Part shown: piece by piece, positions 51,990 through 61,735 of the stretch
How the letters are laid out: the number at the start of each line of letters is the position of its first letter
How positions within the stretch are numbered: the stretch's first letter is position 1
Source: Desulfosudaceae bacterium
GTDB taxonomy: Bacteria > Desulfobacterota > Desulfobacteria > Desulfobacterales > Desulfosudaceae
Length of the DNA: 64,000 nt
NCBI GenBank assembly: GCA_963674745.2
Contig: CAXXDV010000003.1
Span: 1,632,001-1,696,000 of the forward strand
Reading direction: 5' to 3'
Notes under the pieces: generated by a model
Told to the model about the DNA's origin: nothing
Database searches by the model: none
The model's input: the letters and a program-made list of their open reading frames with translations, nothing else
Translations under genes and position numbers: made by a program

Positions 51990-53021
51990 ATGCAGAAAAG
52001 GACCTGGTTTGGGACGGCTTTCATCATGACGATACTGATCGTTTTTTCCGGCTGCTGGGATTCCGGGGGCTCCCACGGGAACGGGATAAAAATTCTCATG
52101 GTGGCCGACGGCGAATACGACGACAACTCTTTCAACCAATCCTGCCGGGAAGGACTCGAGAGAGCCGTTCAGGATTACGGAGTCAGGGCGGACTATCAAA
52201 TCATTGACGATGCGGATACGGTTGAGCCTGAAACCATGCTGGACCGGTATGATCCGGATGACTATGACCTGGTGATTGCCAATGGATTCTTTTTTGCCGG
52301 CGCAGTCGATCATGCGGCGGCTGATTTTCCTGATACGGATTTTGTGATTGTGGACTATGCCTATGAGCAGGTGCCGGCAAATGTGAACTGCGTGGTGTTT
52401 AATGCCGATGAAGCCGCCTTTGCCCTGGGCTATCTCGGCGGGGCCTGGGCCGAGATTCAGGACCCCGAGGATCCGGTTATCGCCTATGTGGGCGGAACGG
52501 ACATTCCGCCGGTACGGCAATGGACCGAACCCTACTGCAACGGGGCTGATCACTACAACACCGCCCACGACAGCGACGTTGCCTGCCGGGGTGATTTTTC
52601 AACCGATTTCTATGACGAGACCCAGGGTGAGCAGATTGCGGGAAATCTCATCGCAGACGGCGCTGATGTTATTTTCGGGTGCGGTGGACTGGCCGGCAAT
52701 GCCGCACTTGAAGCAGCAAAGGACTCCGGGGTATGGGGTATCGGTGTAGATCGGGACATGTATGAAGGGTTGCCGGCGGTTCGGGATATCATTCTGTCTT
52801 CCGGCATCAAACGCTTTGATAACGGTGTCTATGCTGCTGTGGAGTCGGTGGTCAATGATGAATTTGACGGCGGCGGGATCTATCGCGGCAACCTTCAAAA
52901 CAGCGGCGTCATGCTGGCCCCCTATCACGATTATGAAGATGACATACCGGCCGATATTAAGGATGAAATCGAGGATATCATTGAAGGCATTAAGGACGGC
53001 GCCATCGATACCGGGTGGTAG
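51990..53021 (+). CDS. BMP-family substrate-binding lipoprotein (nucleoside-binding type)
   Basis: Lipobox FSGC; DNSFNQ..EGL, FPDTDFVIVD, GADVIFG.GG..G, IGVD.D and S.IKRFD. Confidence 0.93.
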   Translation: MQKRTWFGTAFIMTILIVFSGCWDSGGSHGNGIKILMVADGEYDDNSFNQSCREGLERAVQDYGVRADYQIIDDADTVEPETMLDRYDPDDYDLVIANGFFFAGAVDHAAADFPDTDFVIVDYAYEQVPANVNCVVFNADEAAFALGYLGGAWAEIQDPEDPVIAYVGGTDIPPVRQWTEPYCNGADHYNTAHDSDVACRGDFSTDFYDETQGEQIAGNLIADGADVIFGCGGLAGNAALEAAKDSGVWGIGVDRDMYEGLPAVRDIILSSGIKRFDNGVYAAVESVVNDEFDGGGIYRGNLQNSGVMLAPYHDYEDDIPADIKDEIEDIIEGIKDGAIDTGW

Positions 53022-53137
53022 AACAAATATCAAATCATTGGTCTTCAGGTGACTTAACCTGAATGAACCGTTGGCAATTCTGTTTTTGTAAGCATCATTT
53101 ATAAACACCCGCGGGGAACCGAATCAACGCAATAAAT

Positions 53138-54232
53138 ATGAAAACGCATATCCAGCCCCTGGCCGTCGACTTGAGCATCTACCCGGCCGATTTCCGGGAC
53201 AGCCTTGTCGAATTTTGCGGCAAGCTGCTGTCCGTGGTTTACGGCCTGGAAAGTGTCATGCGGCAGTTTCATCCCCCCTGGCTGCAGAAAATCCAGGATG
53301 CCCTGCGGCCGTTTGATGACCGCCTGAAATCAGCCCGGCGCGTTTTTGAAGATGCCACCGCCCCTTTCGGAGAGGACCCGGTTGCGGATCTATTGCTCAA
53401 GGCCGGTGAACGTGCCGGCCGGAGCGTGGATCATATTATGAACATTGAAAATCCCCAAACGGCGGTAATCGGGATGCTCAAGGCCATGGGCGAGCACTGT
53501 CGCGCCCAGGAGACCCTTTACCCGCTGATCAACGGGTTAAAGCCCGTGGGCCGCTATTTTCTTGAAACGCCTGTCAGGGAACGGGTGAACGACTATGTTT
53601 CTACGGCGGAAAATAATACCAATATCGGCCTTTTCATTGATGAAAACAGCGGATCCTGCATCTACGTGCCGGAAACATATGACGGGAAAAATGACTGGCC
53701 GCTGGTCGTGGCCCTGCACGGGGGCAGCGGCCGGTGTCGCGATTTCATCTGGCTCTGGATGCGGGAGGCCCGCAGCCGCCGTTTCCTGCTGCTGGCGCCG
53801 GGTTCAACCGGCCGCACCTGGTCCTTTGGCGATCTGACCGATGCCGAAGCCATATCGGAAATGATCGAAACCATGAGCGCTCGATGGCCGGTGGATAAGA
53901 GCCGGATGCTGCTGACCGGCATATCGGACGGGGCAATTTATACCCTGAACTGGGGACTGAAAAAAGCGTCTCCGTTTTCCGCTTTGGCACCCGTATCCGG
54001 CGTGCTGCATCCGGTAGACCTGTCGTTTGCGACCGGAAAACGGATATACCTGGTACACGGGACACTGGACTGGATGTTTCCCGTCAGCTACGCCCGCCAG
54101 GCCCATGCCACCCTGAAACAGGCAGGTGCCGACATCGTGTTCCACGAAATTGTGAACCTGTCGCACACCTACCCCAGAGAAGAGAACCCCGCCATTCTGT
54201 CCTGGTTTGACGAAGGCTTGGCTTTGGATTAA
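53138..54232 (+). CDS. Phospholipase/carboxylesterase-family esterase
   Basis: YVPETYD..WPLVVALHGG.G, TGISDGA, HGTLDWMFP and SHTYP. Confidence 0.88.
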   Translation: MKTHIQPLAVDLSIYPADFRDSLVEFCGKLLSVVYGLESVMRQFHPPWLQKIQDALRPFDDRLKSARRVFEDATAPFGEDPVADLLLKAGERAGRSVDHIMNIENPQTAVIGMLKAMGEHCRAQETLYPLINGLKPVGRYFLETPVRERVNDYVSTAENNTNIGLFIDENSGSCIYVPETYDGKNDWPLVVALHGGSGRCRDFIWLWMREARSRRFLLLAPGSTGRTWSFGDLTDAEAISEMIETMSARWPVDKSRMLLTGISDGAIYTLNWGLKKASPFSALAPVSGVLHPVDLSFATGKRIYLVHGTLDWMFPVSYARQAHATLKQAGADIVFHEIVNLSHTYPREENPAILSWFDEGLALD

Positions 54233-54242
54233 AACATAAAGC

Positions 54243-56909
54243 ATGGATATGAAAAAAAAGCCCGGCAAAGAGCAAAAAGGCAAACCGGTTGCGACCTTAC
54301 AACCGGCCAGTGTGGAGAAATATCGACACATTCTTGAAAATATGCAGGAGAGTTATTTTGAGCTTGACCTCGCCGGAAACCTCACCTTTTTCAATGATTC
54401 AACAACCCGGCTATATGGCTTTTCCAAAGAAGAATTAATGGGTTTAAATTACAAGCAGTATACGGATAAAAAAACCGCCAAAAAACTTTTCAGGATATTT
54501 TCCGGCGTTTACAAAACCGGTAAACCGGTTAAATTGGCCACCTGGTCGATTATTCGAAAAGACGGCACCAGAACATACGTGGAAGGCTCGGCATCCCTGT
54601 TAAGAGATTCTTCAGGCAAACCTTTCGGATTCAGCGGAATCGTACATGATATCACCAAGCGCAAATGGGCGGAAAAGGCCCTGATCGAAAGAGAGGCGCA
54701 ATATCGTCTGCTGGCGGACCATATGAAAGACCAGGTCTGGCTGATGGATTTTGATTTTAACCCCATCTTTGTAAGTCCATCGTTCACCAAATTACTGGGA
54801 TATTCTTTTAAAGAATTAAGGGATGTTTCCTGGGATAATTTCCTTACGCCGGAATCCCTGGAAAGGGCGACGCAATTAGTTTCACAAATCGGGCCGATTA
54901 CCATGAATTCCCTGGACGATATTTTAGATCGAACAGTAGAAATGGAAGTTTACTGTAAAGACGGCCGAAATGTCTGGATGGAAATCAGGTGCAGCTTTAT
55001 CCGGGATGAAGACGGGAAGGCCGTATCCATCTTAGGGGAAGGCAGAGATGTTACTGAACGCAAACAAGCGGAAAAGGCATTAGTCGAAAGAGAAGCCCAA
55101 TACCGTCTTCTGGCAGACCATATGAAAGATCAGGTCTGGCTGACGGATTTGAATTTAACACCTTCTTTTTTAAGCCCGTCTTTTGAAAAACTGCTGGGAT
55201 ATACCATTGAAGAACTGAAAGCTCTTTCCTGGGATCAGCTCCTTACACCGGGATCCCTTAAAAAAGTAATGGATTTGATTACAGAAATCGGACCCATAAC
55301 AAAAGATTCCCGGGACGATATTTTCGATCGAACGGAGGAGCTTGAAATTCGCTGCCGCAGCGGTCAGATCATCTGGGTGGAGGTCGTGTGCAGTTTTATC
55401 CGGGATAAAAAAGGGAATGCCGTGTCTATCCTGGGTGAAAGCAGGGACATCACCGAACGCAAACGGGCCGAGGAGGAACTTAAAAAAAGCGAGGAACGCT
55501 ACCGCAGCGTTTTTGAAAACGCCGGACTCCCCCTGGTGATCATGGAAGAGTCCCTCGTGATCTTGATGGTCAACGAGCGGTTTGAGGAGATGTCGGGTTA
55601 TAAAATAAATGAAATAAAAGGCCTGATGAAATTAACGGACTTCATTGCCCCGGAAGCTCACCGTTCACTCATTGATTACTTTTCCCAAAGTGGAGAAGGC
55701 AATCCCGTGGAATATGAATGCCGGATCATCCACCGTAACGGAGAAGTCTTTGATGTTCTGGTCCGTATCGGTCATCTGCCCTACGCGGGCCAGTTTATCG
55801 CTTCATTTACGGATATCACTTCGCATAAACAGGCCGAAGCAGCCCTGATGGAAAGCCGGGAAAACCTCCAGGAAGAAAACATCCGCCTGCGTTCATCCAT
55901 CCGCGAACGATATCGTTTTTGCGACATCATCGGCAAAAGCCGCGGCATGCAAGAAGTTTATGAATTTATTCTTCAGGCGGCGGCGACCCTGGCCAATGTC
56001 ATTATTTACGGCGAGTCCGGAACCGGAAAAGAACTGGTGGCCAACGCCATCCATGAAAACAGCGGAAGAAACCGGAAGAGCTTTGTTACGGTTCACTGCG
56101 GGGCCATTCCGGAAACACTCATGGAAAGCGAGTTCTTTGGTTACAAGAAAGGTGCCTTTACCGGAGCAAATATTGATAAATTCGGCTATCTTGATGAAGC
56201 CGACGGGGGTACACTGTTTCTAGACGAAATAGGTGAAATAGGCCTGAACATGCAGGTCAAGCTGCTGCGGGCCATTTCCGGAGACGGTTACACGCCTGTA
56301 GGCAGTAACCTGATCAGGAAATCGGATATCCGAATTATTGCGGCCACCAACCGGGACATGAAGGGCCTGGTCAGACGGGGAATCATGCGAGAGGATTTCT
56401 TTTACCGCATTCATATACTGCCCATTTATCTTCCGCCGCTTCGAGAACGAAAAGACGACCTGCCACTGCTGATTGACCATTTCATGGAGCAGTATGATCC
56501 GAATCACCCGCCCCTGCCCGGTCATGTTGTCGATGCCCTTTTAAACCATGATTGGCCGGGCAATGTCCGTGAGCTTCAAAACGTCCTTTACCGGTATATG
56601 ACCCTAAAAAGACTGAACTTTGAAGATATGTCGACAGAACGACCGGCCCCCGAAGAAGCTGAATCAGTTGCTCATACGAACTCAAATGACACGGGTATCG
56701 AGAAGTTATGCAGGCGTCAGGTGGACCATGGCAATAAAAAGTCTACAAGAAATGAATTACCAGACGTTCTGAAAGACACGGAACGGGATCATATTCTGAA
56801 AATACTATCGGAAAACAACTGGCACCGCAGCCGAACCGCCGCTGCTTTAGGAATCAATCGAAAAACCCTCTACCGAAAAATGCAAAAATTCGGCATTACG
56901 CAATCTTAA
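54243..56909 (+). CDS. Sigma54-dependent enhancer-binding protein with four PAS domains and a Fis HTH
   Basis: GESGTGKE, GAFTGA, GTLFLDEIG, AATNR, WPGNVRELQN and AAALGINRKTLYRKM. Confidence 0.97.
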   Translation: MDMKKKPGKEQKGKPVATLQPASVEKYRHILENMQESYFELDLAGNLTFFNDSTTRLYGFSKEELMGLNYKQYTDKKTAKKLFRIFSGVYKTGKPVKLATWSIIRKDGTRTYVEGSASLLRDSSGKPFGFSGIVHDITKRKWAEKALIEREAQYRLLADHMKDQVWLMDFDFNPIFVSPSFTKLLGYSFKELRDVSWDNFLTPESLERATQLVSQIGPITMNSLDDILDRTVEMEVYCKDGRNVWMEIRCSFIRDEDGKAVSILGEGRDVTERKQAEKALVEREAQYRLLADHMKDQVWLTDLNLTPSFLSPSFEKLLGYTIEELKALSWDQLLTPGSLKKVMDLITEIGPITKDSRDDIFDRTEELEIRCRSGQIIWVEVVCSFIRDKKGNAVSILGESRDITERKRAEEELKKSEERYRSVFENAGLPLVIMEESLVILMVNERFEEMSGYKINEIKGLMKLTDFIAPEAHRSLIDYFSQSGEGNPVEYECRIIHRNGEVFDVLVRIGHLPYAGQFIASFTDITSHKQAEAALMESRENLQEENIRLRSSIRERYRFCDIIGKSRGMQEVYEFILQAAATLANVIIYGESGTGKELVANAIHENSGRNRKSFVTVHCGAIPETLMESEFFGYKKGAFTGANIDKFGYLDEADGGTLFLDEIGEIGLNMQVKLLRAISGDGYTPVGSNLIRKSDIRIIAATNRDMKGLVRRGIMREDFFYRIHILPIYLPPLRERKDDLPLLIDHFMEQYDPNHPPLPGHVVDALLNHDWPGNVRELQNVLYRYMTLKRLNFEDMSTERPAPEEAESVAHTNSNDTGIEKLCRRQVDHGNKKSTRNELPDVLKDTERDHILKILSENNWHRSRTAAALGINRKTLYRKMQKFGITQS

Positions 56910-56945
56910 CCTCGAATTTATAAACTTTATCCAACCAAAGCTGCC

Positions 56946-57117
56946 ATGCCCCATATTGAGGCATAAAAGCCCCATGCCTTTCAGGCCCCCTCAAAAGTGG
57001 GGCACTTTTGACTCAAAAAACTATTTTTTTTGATATCAATTTTAAAAAATATTTATTATTAATCAAATAGTTATAAAATATATGACAAATTTTGTAACAC
57101 CTGGCTCACTTTGTGCT
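56946..57117 (+). promoter_or_regulatory. Sigma54 promoter region: UAS-like palindromes, IHF site, -24/-12 box
   Basis: ATGCCCCA-TAT-TGAGGCAT (56946-56964); TCAAAAGTG-GGG-CACTTTTGA (56991-57011); AATCAA-ATAG-TTA = WATCAANNNNTTR (57061-57073); TGGCTCACTTTGTGCT (57102-57117). Confidence 0.75.
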
Positions 57118-57164
57118 TTAAAAGGGGAAATTGAATTTCATAACCTTTTTCGGGGAGGACAAGC

Positions 57165-58709
57165 ATGAAAAAAACGAGCTGGTTAAAGTGCATCCGTCCA
57201 TTGTGGAGCCGGTTTTTCAGATTTTTTTTGATCCTGATGATGGTTGCTGTCATGGGCGTGTCGACGGCACCCGGGGTGAGTCAGGCCGAGAACATACCGT
57301 TAAATTCCAGCGGTGTGTACAGTGCCAAGGCTGATGACGGCAGCAAGATCTATCTTTATCGTTACGCGCCTTATACGATTGGCACACCGCAGTTCCGGAC
57401 CAGCGGGACGCCGGTGCTCATCTTCACCGGCATCTGCATGAACATGAACCAGTATCTTTCCTGCACGCCCCCCGGCATGGAGGATGTCTACGACGACGTG
57501 TATGTCCCCCCTGCCGCCAGTGCCCCGGCCTGGGCTCTGAACGCTGATGGAACGGACTACGAACCATACATCAAGGCCGACAAGATGCGCTATTACAGCC
57601 TGGCGCATTTTCTCTGGCTCCAGGGTTATGACGCCTGGTTCGCCAATTACAGGGGGGCCGGTCATGACCCTGTTGCCAGTGATGGGACCAACCCCAATGG
57701 CATCACGACCCTTGACACCTGGGCCACCCAGGACGTCCCGGCCGCCATCGCCAAAGTAAAGTCCGTTACCGGAAAAAGAATGTTCATCGGCGGCCACAGC
57801 ACCGGCGGCCTGGTGTCCTATGAGTACCTTCAGGGGGCTTATATGGATTACGGCAGATGGACACCGGAAAGATGGAAGGAATACTACTACAAGTCCTGCT
57901 ACGCCTTTGGATACATGCCCCATGTCAAATCCAGCGCTTCTCTTGCCGCCAGCAGAAACGCCGACATAAAAGGATTTATCGGGCTTGACCCGGCCGGCGT
58001 GCCCTGGCTGCCGGCGGATGTCCTGGACCGCCCCCTCTTCTGGGGTCTGGTCGGTTCAAGGCTATACCTGCCTCTGGATGGTATGTCAAAATATCTAATT
58101 CAGTTGTTTCCGGATAAGACCTTGCTGGTCGGTGTCATGGACACCTTCCTGGGTCTGATCAACGACAATGCCGGCAGTGACGGCACGCTGGGCGAATTGC
58201 TTGCTTATCTGAACTTCTGGAAGGTTGATGATATGGACCCCTGCATGGAAGACTGGATGCTGCGCTACAGCATCGGCGGGGCAACAATCCGCGGATTCGG
58301 TCAATACATGGACATGGGGCTGCACTACACCCTTCGTGAACATTATAAAAACGGATCTGAAAACTATCTGTGGACCTTTGAAGGCCCCACACCCAATCCC
58401 GGCAGAGACGGGTATTATTACTATGACGAAAATGTGTCGCGCATGACCGTACCGCTGATTGTTTTCTCCTCGACCACGGGCGCACTGGTGGCCCCCGAGG
58501 AGACTGACGCCTTCATCATTTCCAGCAAGACACCGACTGCTTATGACGAATGGTATGTCGTCGGCGGTACAGCCCATGTTGACGTGGCCATGGGAAACAG
58601 ACTGCCGACAGCTGTATTCCCCAACCTGGGCAATTGGCTTAAAACAATCGACGCCCTGCCGACCAACCCGCCCGGCACCAGCACACCGGCGCCACGTAAC
58701 GACATTTAA
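57165..58709 (+). CDS. Secreted alpha/beta-hydrolase (lipase/esterase-like)
   Basis: Long signal peptide ending SQA; GYDAWFANYRGAG, QDVPAAI, GGHSTGG and late AHVD. Confidence 0.85.
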   Translation: MKKTSWLKCIRPLWSRFFRFFLILMMVAVMGVSTAPGVSQAENIPLNSSGVYSAKADDGSKIYLYRYAPYTIGTPQFRTSGTPVLIFTGICMNMNQYLSCTPPGMEDVYDDVYVPPAASAPAWALNADGTDYEPYIKADKMRYYSLAHFLWLQGYDAWFANYRGAGHDPVASDGTNPNGITTLDTWATQDVPAAIAKVKSVTGKRMFIGGHSTGGLVSYEYLQGAYMDYGRWTPERWKEYYYKSCYAFGYMPHVKSSASLAASRNADIKGFIGLDPAGVPWLPADVLDRPLFWGLVGSRLYLPLDGMSKYLIQLFPDKTLLVGVMDTFLGLINDNAGSDGTLGELLAYLNFWKVDDMDPCMEDWMLRYSIGGATIRGFGQYMDMGLHYTLREHYKNGSENYLWTFEGPTPNPGRDGYYYYDENVSRMTVPLIVFSSTTGALVAPEETDAFIISSKTPTAYDEWYVVGGTAHVDVAMGNRLPTAVFPNLGNWLKTIDALPTNPPGTSTPAPRNDI

Positions 58710-58736
58710 AACCTGACGGACCGTTCCGTTTTGCTT

Positions 58737-58768
58737 CATAGGCGCCCCGGTTATCCGGGGCGCCTATG
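58737..58768. terminator. Strong hairpin between convergent genes
   Basis: CATAGGCGCCCCGG-TTAT-CCGGGGCGCCTATG, a 14-bp perfect stem. Confidence 0.75.
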
Positions 58769-58799
58769 CTCTTCCTAAACGGCCTGACCTTGCGTTGAA

Positions 58800-59189
58800 T
58801 CAGGCCAGAACGTGTTTATCGAGAACGAAACACGTTAACGTCCCTTCGAATACAATATCGTCGTCCCGGTCGACCCGGACCGCAACTATTTGCTTTTTAT
58901 CTTTTCTTTCCACAACGGTTGCCCGGGCAGTCACTATCTCACCGTTTTTAACAGGTTTTAAGAACTTTACATCAGCAGCGCCCAGCACCACATGGGGATG
59001 ATTGACCGCTATCATGGCCGCGTGATCCGCCAGACCGAAGATAAACCCGCCGTGCACCAGTTGATGTTCATCAACCGCCATTTCAGAAGTGGTAGCCATT
59101 TTCACACGACTGACGCCATCCTTTATCTCAAGCGGCACACCGCAAAGAGGCTTATTGATCAGCTGATGGGTTTTAATCTCATCTGTCAT
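58800..59189 (-). CDS. PaaI-family hotdog thioesterase
   Basis: LVHGGFIFGLAD.AA and KFLKPV..G. Confidence 0.92.
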   Translation of the reverse strand: MTDEIKTHQLINKPLCGVPLEIKDGVSRVKMATTSEMAVDEHQLVHGGFIFGLADHAAMIAVNHPHVVLGAADVKFLKPVKNGEIVTARATVVERKDKKQIVAVRVDRDDDIVFEGTLTCFVLDKHVLA

Positions 59190-59270
59190 GCGATTGCTTC
59201 CTTTCAGGCATCAATCTGATATCAGTCTAAACCGCTTTATATTCATCATCAAGCTCAGGGACGGAAAAAA

Positions 59271-59813
59271 TCATGAGCGGTTATTTTTAAACGTTTCGAC
59301 AACCGCGGTATACTTTTCATGAATCATTTTCCGGTCGAATTCCCGGAAATCTTCAAGCATGGTATCCAGTTCCTGTTGACTGAACAGCGTTTCAGTGGAT
59401 GGGAAAAAAATTTTATCCTCCTTACGGATATGTTCCGGATAAAAATCAGCCAGTGTCTCCAGGTGTTTAATAATACTCAATACGACCTCCCGGTTTCCGG
59501 CAACATACTTATTTCTGGCATCAACAAGGGCCTGAGTTGTTTTTCGACCGAACTTGTGCTCTTCGACCAGTTCCGCCATCAGAGCCCGATCGGAATCGGA
59601 CATGTTCTTTTTCTCAAGTGCTGTAAAAAGGATATCCTCTTCCTTGCCATGATGGGTCCGGTCCGCATATACCCGGATAAAATCCACAATTGTATCGATA
59701 ATGACGGGGTCGGCTGTCCCGGAGTCCTTCATGGCGGAAACCTCTTTGAGAACAATTTTCAACATACGTTCGATAAGCCTGTGCTCAATCATGAGCGGTC
59801 CTCTTGGTTTCAT
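59271..59813 (-). CDS. Hemerythrin/HHE cation-binding protein
   Basis: LMIEH, HHGKEEDILF, EEH..GR and HIRKEDKIFFP. Confidence 0.93.
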   Translation of the reverse strand: MKPRGPLMIEHRLIERMLKIVLKEVSAMKDSGTADPVIIDTIVDFIRVYADRTHHGKEEDILFTALEKKNMSDSDRALMAELVEEHKFGRKTTQALVDARNKYVAGNREVVLSIIKHLETLADFYPEHIRKEDKIFFPSTETLFSQQELDTMLEDFREFDRKMIHEKYTAVVETFKNNRS

Positions 59814-59873
59814 AAACGACCTCCTTTAATAATCGAAATTTAAAATAAATTCGGCCTTAAAAAAATTGTATCA

Positions 59874-60191
59874 TCATATGGGCGGCGCAATCGTAACCAG
59901 AACCCGCATGTTTGTGTCTGCTCTGAGCCCATGGGGATCGGCAATATCACAAATCAGTAGATCCCCCTTTTTAGCGGTTATTACTTTTCCCTCAGCGCCT
60001 AAAAAAGCACCTTTACCCTCAAGGATAAGTAAAGACAATTGCCCTTCGATATCATGAGAATGAATGGGCATGGTCTGATCGGCCTTGAAATTAAAATTGA
60101 TGATTTTAAAATACGGTGAGTCGTGTACCAGAAGCTTCTTAAACCCCTTCTCCGAGAAATCGTTGGCTTCAAAAATATTTAAACTATTCAT
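59874..60191 (-). CDS. Cupin-domain protein
   Basis: FNF...Q.MPIHSH, EG.G.F and PHGLRA. Confidence 0.9.
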   Translation of the reverse strand: MNSLNIFEANDFSEKGFKKLLVHDSPYFKIINFNFKADQTMPIHSHDIEGQLSLLILEGKGAFLGAEGKVITAKKGDLLICDIADPHGLRADTNMRVLVTIAPPI

Positions 60192-60277
60192 AAAATCCTC
60201 CTTTGTGTACGTTTTTTGAATGGTAGAACGTTTTTCTGTTTTTTGTTATATGATAATTAAACAAAAATATGTTTTCC

Positions 60278-60291
60278 TTGACCTGGATCAA
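60278..60291. promoter_or_regulatory. FNR/HcpR-type box
   Basis: TTGAC-CTGG-ATCAA between the divergent cupin and Crp/Fnr genes. Confidence 0.75.
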
Positions 60292-60361
60292 TAAAGTGTT
60301 TTTTTTGCCGGTTCCTTTAATTTTATTTAAACTATTTGTGAACAAAAATATAAAAAAATAA

Positions 60362-61042
60362 ATGGACGATCTCAAGAAAACGATTTCAGATATGGCGATT
60401 TACGAGGGACTTACTGATTCAGACCTTGACAGCCTGGTCCGGATTGCCTGTGAAAAGGCGTTTCAAAAAGGGTCAATTATTTTTTTTGATGGCGAGTACA
60501 GTGACGGTTTTTACGTTGTCATCGCAGGCCGGATCAAAATAACCAAAATTTCAGCCAAAGGGAAAGAACAGATTCTCTACATTCTCGGCGCTGGAGAGCC
60601 CTTCGGCCAACTTGCCCTCTATCATGGCGGAGTATTTCCTGCCACGGCTCAGGCACTGGAAAAAAGCACCTGCCTTTTTTTTCCTAAAAACCCTTTTTTA
60701 AAACTCGTATCTGAAAATCCCGCTATGCCCTTTAACATGTTGGCGTTTCTCTCTCGGCGGCATCGGGAACTGGCACTTCAAATCGAAAACATTGCTTTGA
60801 AGGAGGTCCCTGAACGTCTGGCAGGATATCTGCTCTACCTGTTAAACGAACAAAAAACGTCGAAACCGTTTAATCTGCCGATTCCCAAGGAGCAGCTGGC
60901 TTACCTTCTCGGCGCCAGCCCGGAAACCCTGTCACGGGCACTGGCCAAAATGGTCGACCAACAAATAATTTCAATGCATGGTAAGTCTGTCACCGTTCTG
61001 GATAAAAACGGGTTAAAGACAATGGCTTCTGCAAACCATTAA
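60362..61042 (+). CDS. Crp/Fnr family regulator (HcpR/Dnr-like; no FNR Cys cluster)
   Basis: IFFDGE..GFYVV..G.IK, GKEQIL, ERLA.YL and LA..LGASPETLSR (ExxSR recognition helix). Confidence 0.93.
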   Translation: MDDLKKTISDMAIYEGLTDSDLDSLVRIACEKAFQKGSIIFFDGEYSDGFYVVIAGRIKITKISAKGKEQILYILGAGEPFGQLALYHGGVFPATAQALEKSTCLFFPKNPFLKLVSENPAMPFNMLAFLSRRHRELALQIENIALKEVPERLAGYLLYLLNEQKTSKPFNLPIPKEQLAYLLGASPETLSRALAKMVDQQIISMHGKSVTVLDKNGLKTMASANH

Positions 61043-61060
61043 CCTACAAAAATTATTGTA

Positions 61061-61735
61061 ATGAATATAAACAGTCCGATTATTGACTTTAAACAGGTTT
61101 GTTTCTCATTCTCAGATGACAGGTTTCTGTTTAAAGACCTGTCTCTGGCGGTTGAATCCGGATCTTTTAACTTGATCAAGGGGCCTTCGGGCATCGGAAA
61201 GTCCAGCCTGCTGAAATTAATAAACCGCATACACGATCCGCAGGCAGGGGAAATCCACTTTAAAGGCAAACCACTCGAAACCTATCAACCGCAACTCCTT
61301 CGCAGACAGGTCCTTTATGTTCAACAGACACCGCTTGTGTCAATCGGTTCCGTAAAAGACAATCTGCTGCTCCCTTTTTTGTTTAAGGCCAATCATGACC
61401 TGACAAAACCCGATGATATCCGTTTGGAAAAGCTTCTGGCCGAGTTTTACCTGGACCGGATTAATCTGAATGACAGCGCGCTGAACCTGTCCGTGGGCCA
61501 GCAACAACGGATATGTTTCATACGGGGGTTACTGCTGTCGCCTGACGTCATCCTGCTGGATGAACCCACCAGTGCCCTGGACGAGGAAAGCAGCCGGATT
61601 GTTGACGCCAGTGCCGCCCGCTTATGCCGGGTGTCCGGAAAGACCGTGATAATGGTCAGTCATAAGAATCTCAATGCGAATGACATCAAGCCAAGAATCC
61701 TGAAGCTCGAAAACGGGAAGATAAGGGAAACATAA
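61061..61735 (+). CDS. fetA: ABC transporter ATP-binding protein (FetA/YbbL-like)
   Basis: GPSGIGKS, LSVGQQQR and LLDEPTSALD; TAATG stop/start overlap with the permease. Confidence 0.85.
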   Translation: MNINSPIIDFKQVCFSFSDDRFLFKDLSLAVESGSFNLIKGPSGIGKSSLLKLINRIHDPQAGEIHFKGKPLETYQPQLLRRQVLYVQQTPLVSIGSVKDNLLLPFLFKANHDLTKPDDIRLEKLLAEFYLDRINLNDSALNLSVGQQQRICFIRGLLLSPDVILLDEPTSALDEESSRIVDASAARLCRVSGKTVIMVSHKNLNANDIKPRILKLENGKIRET

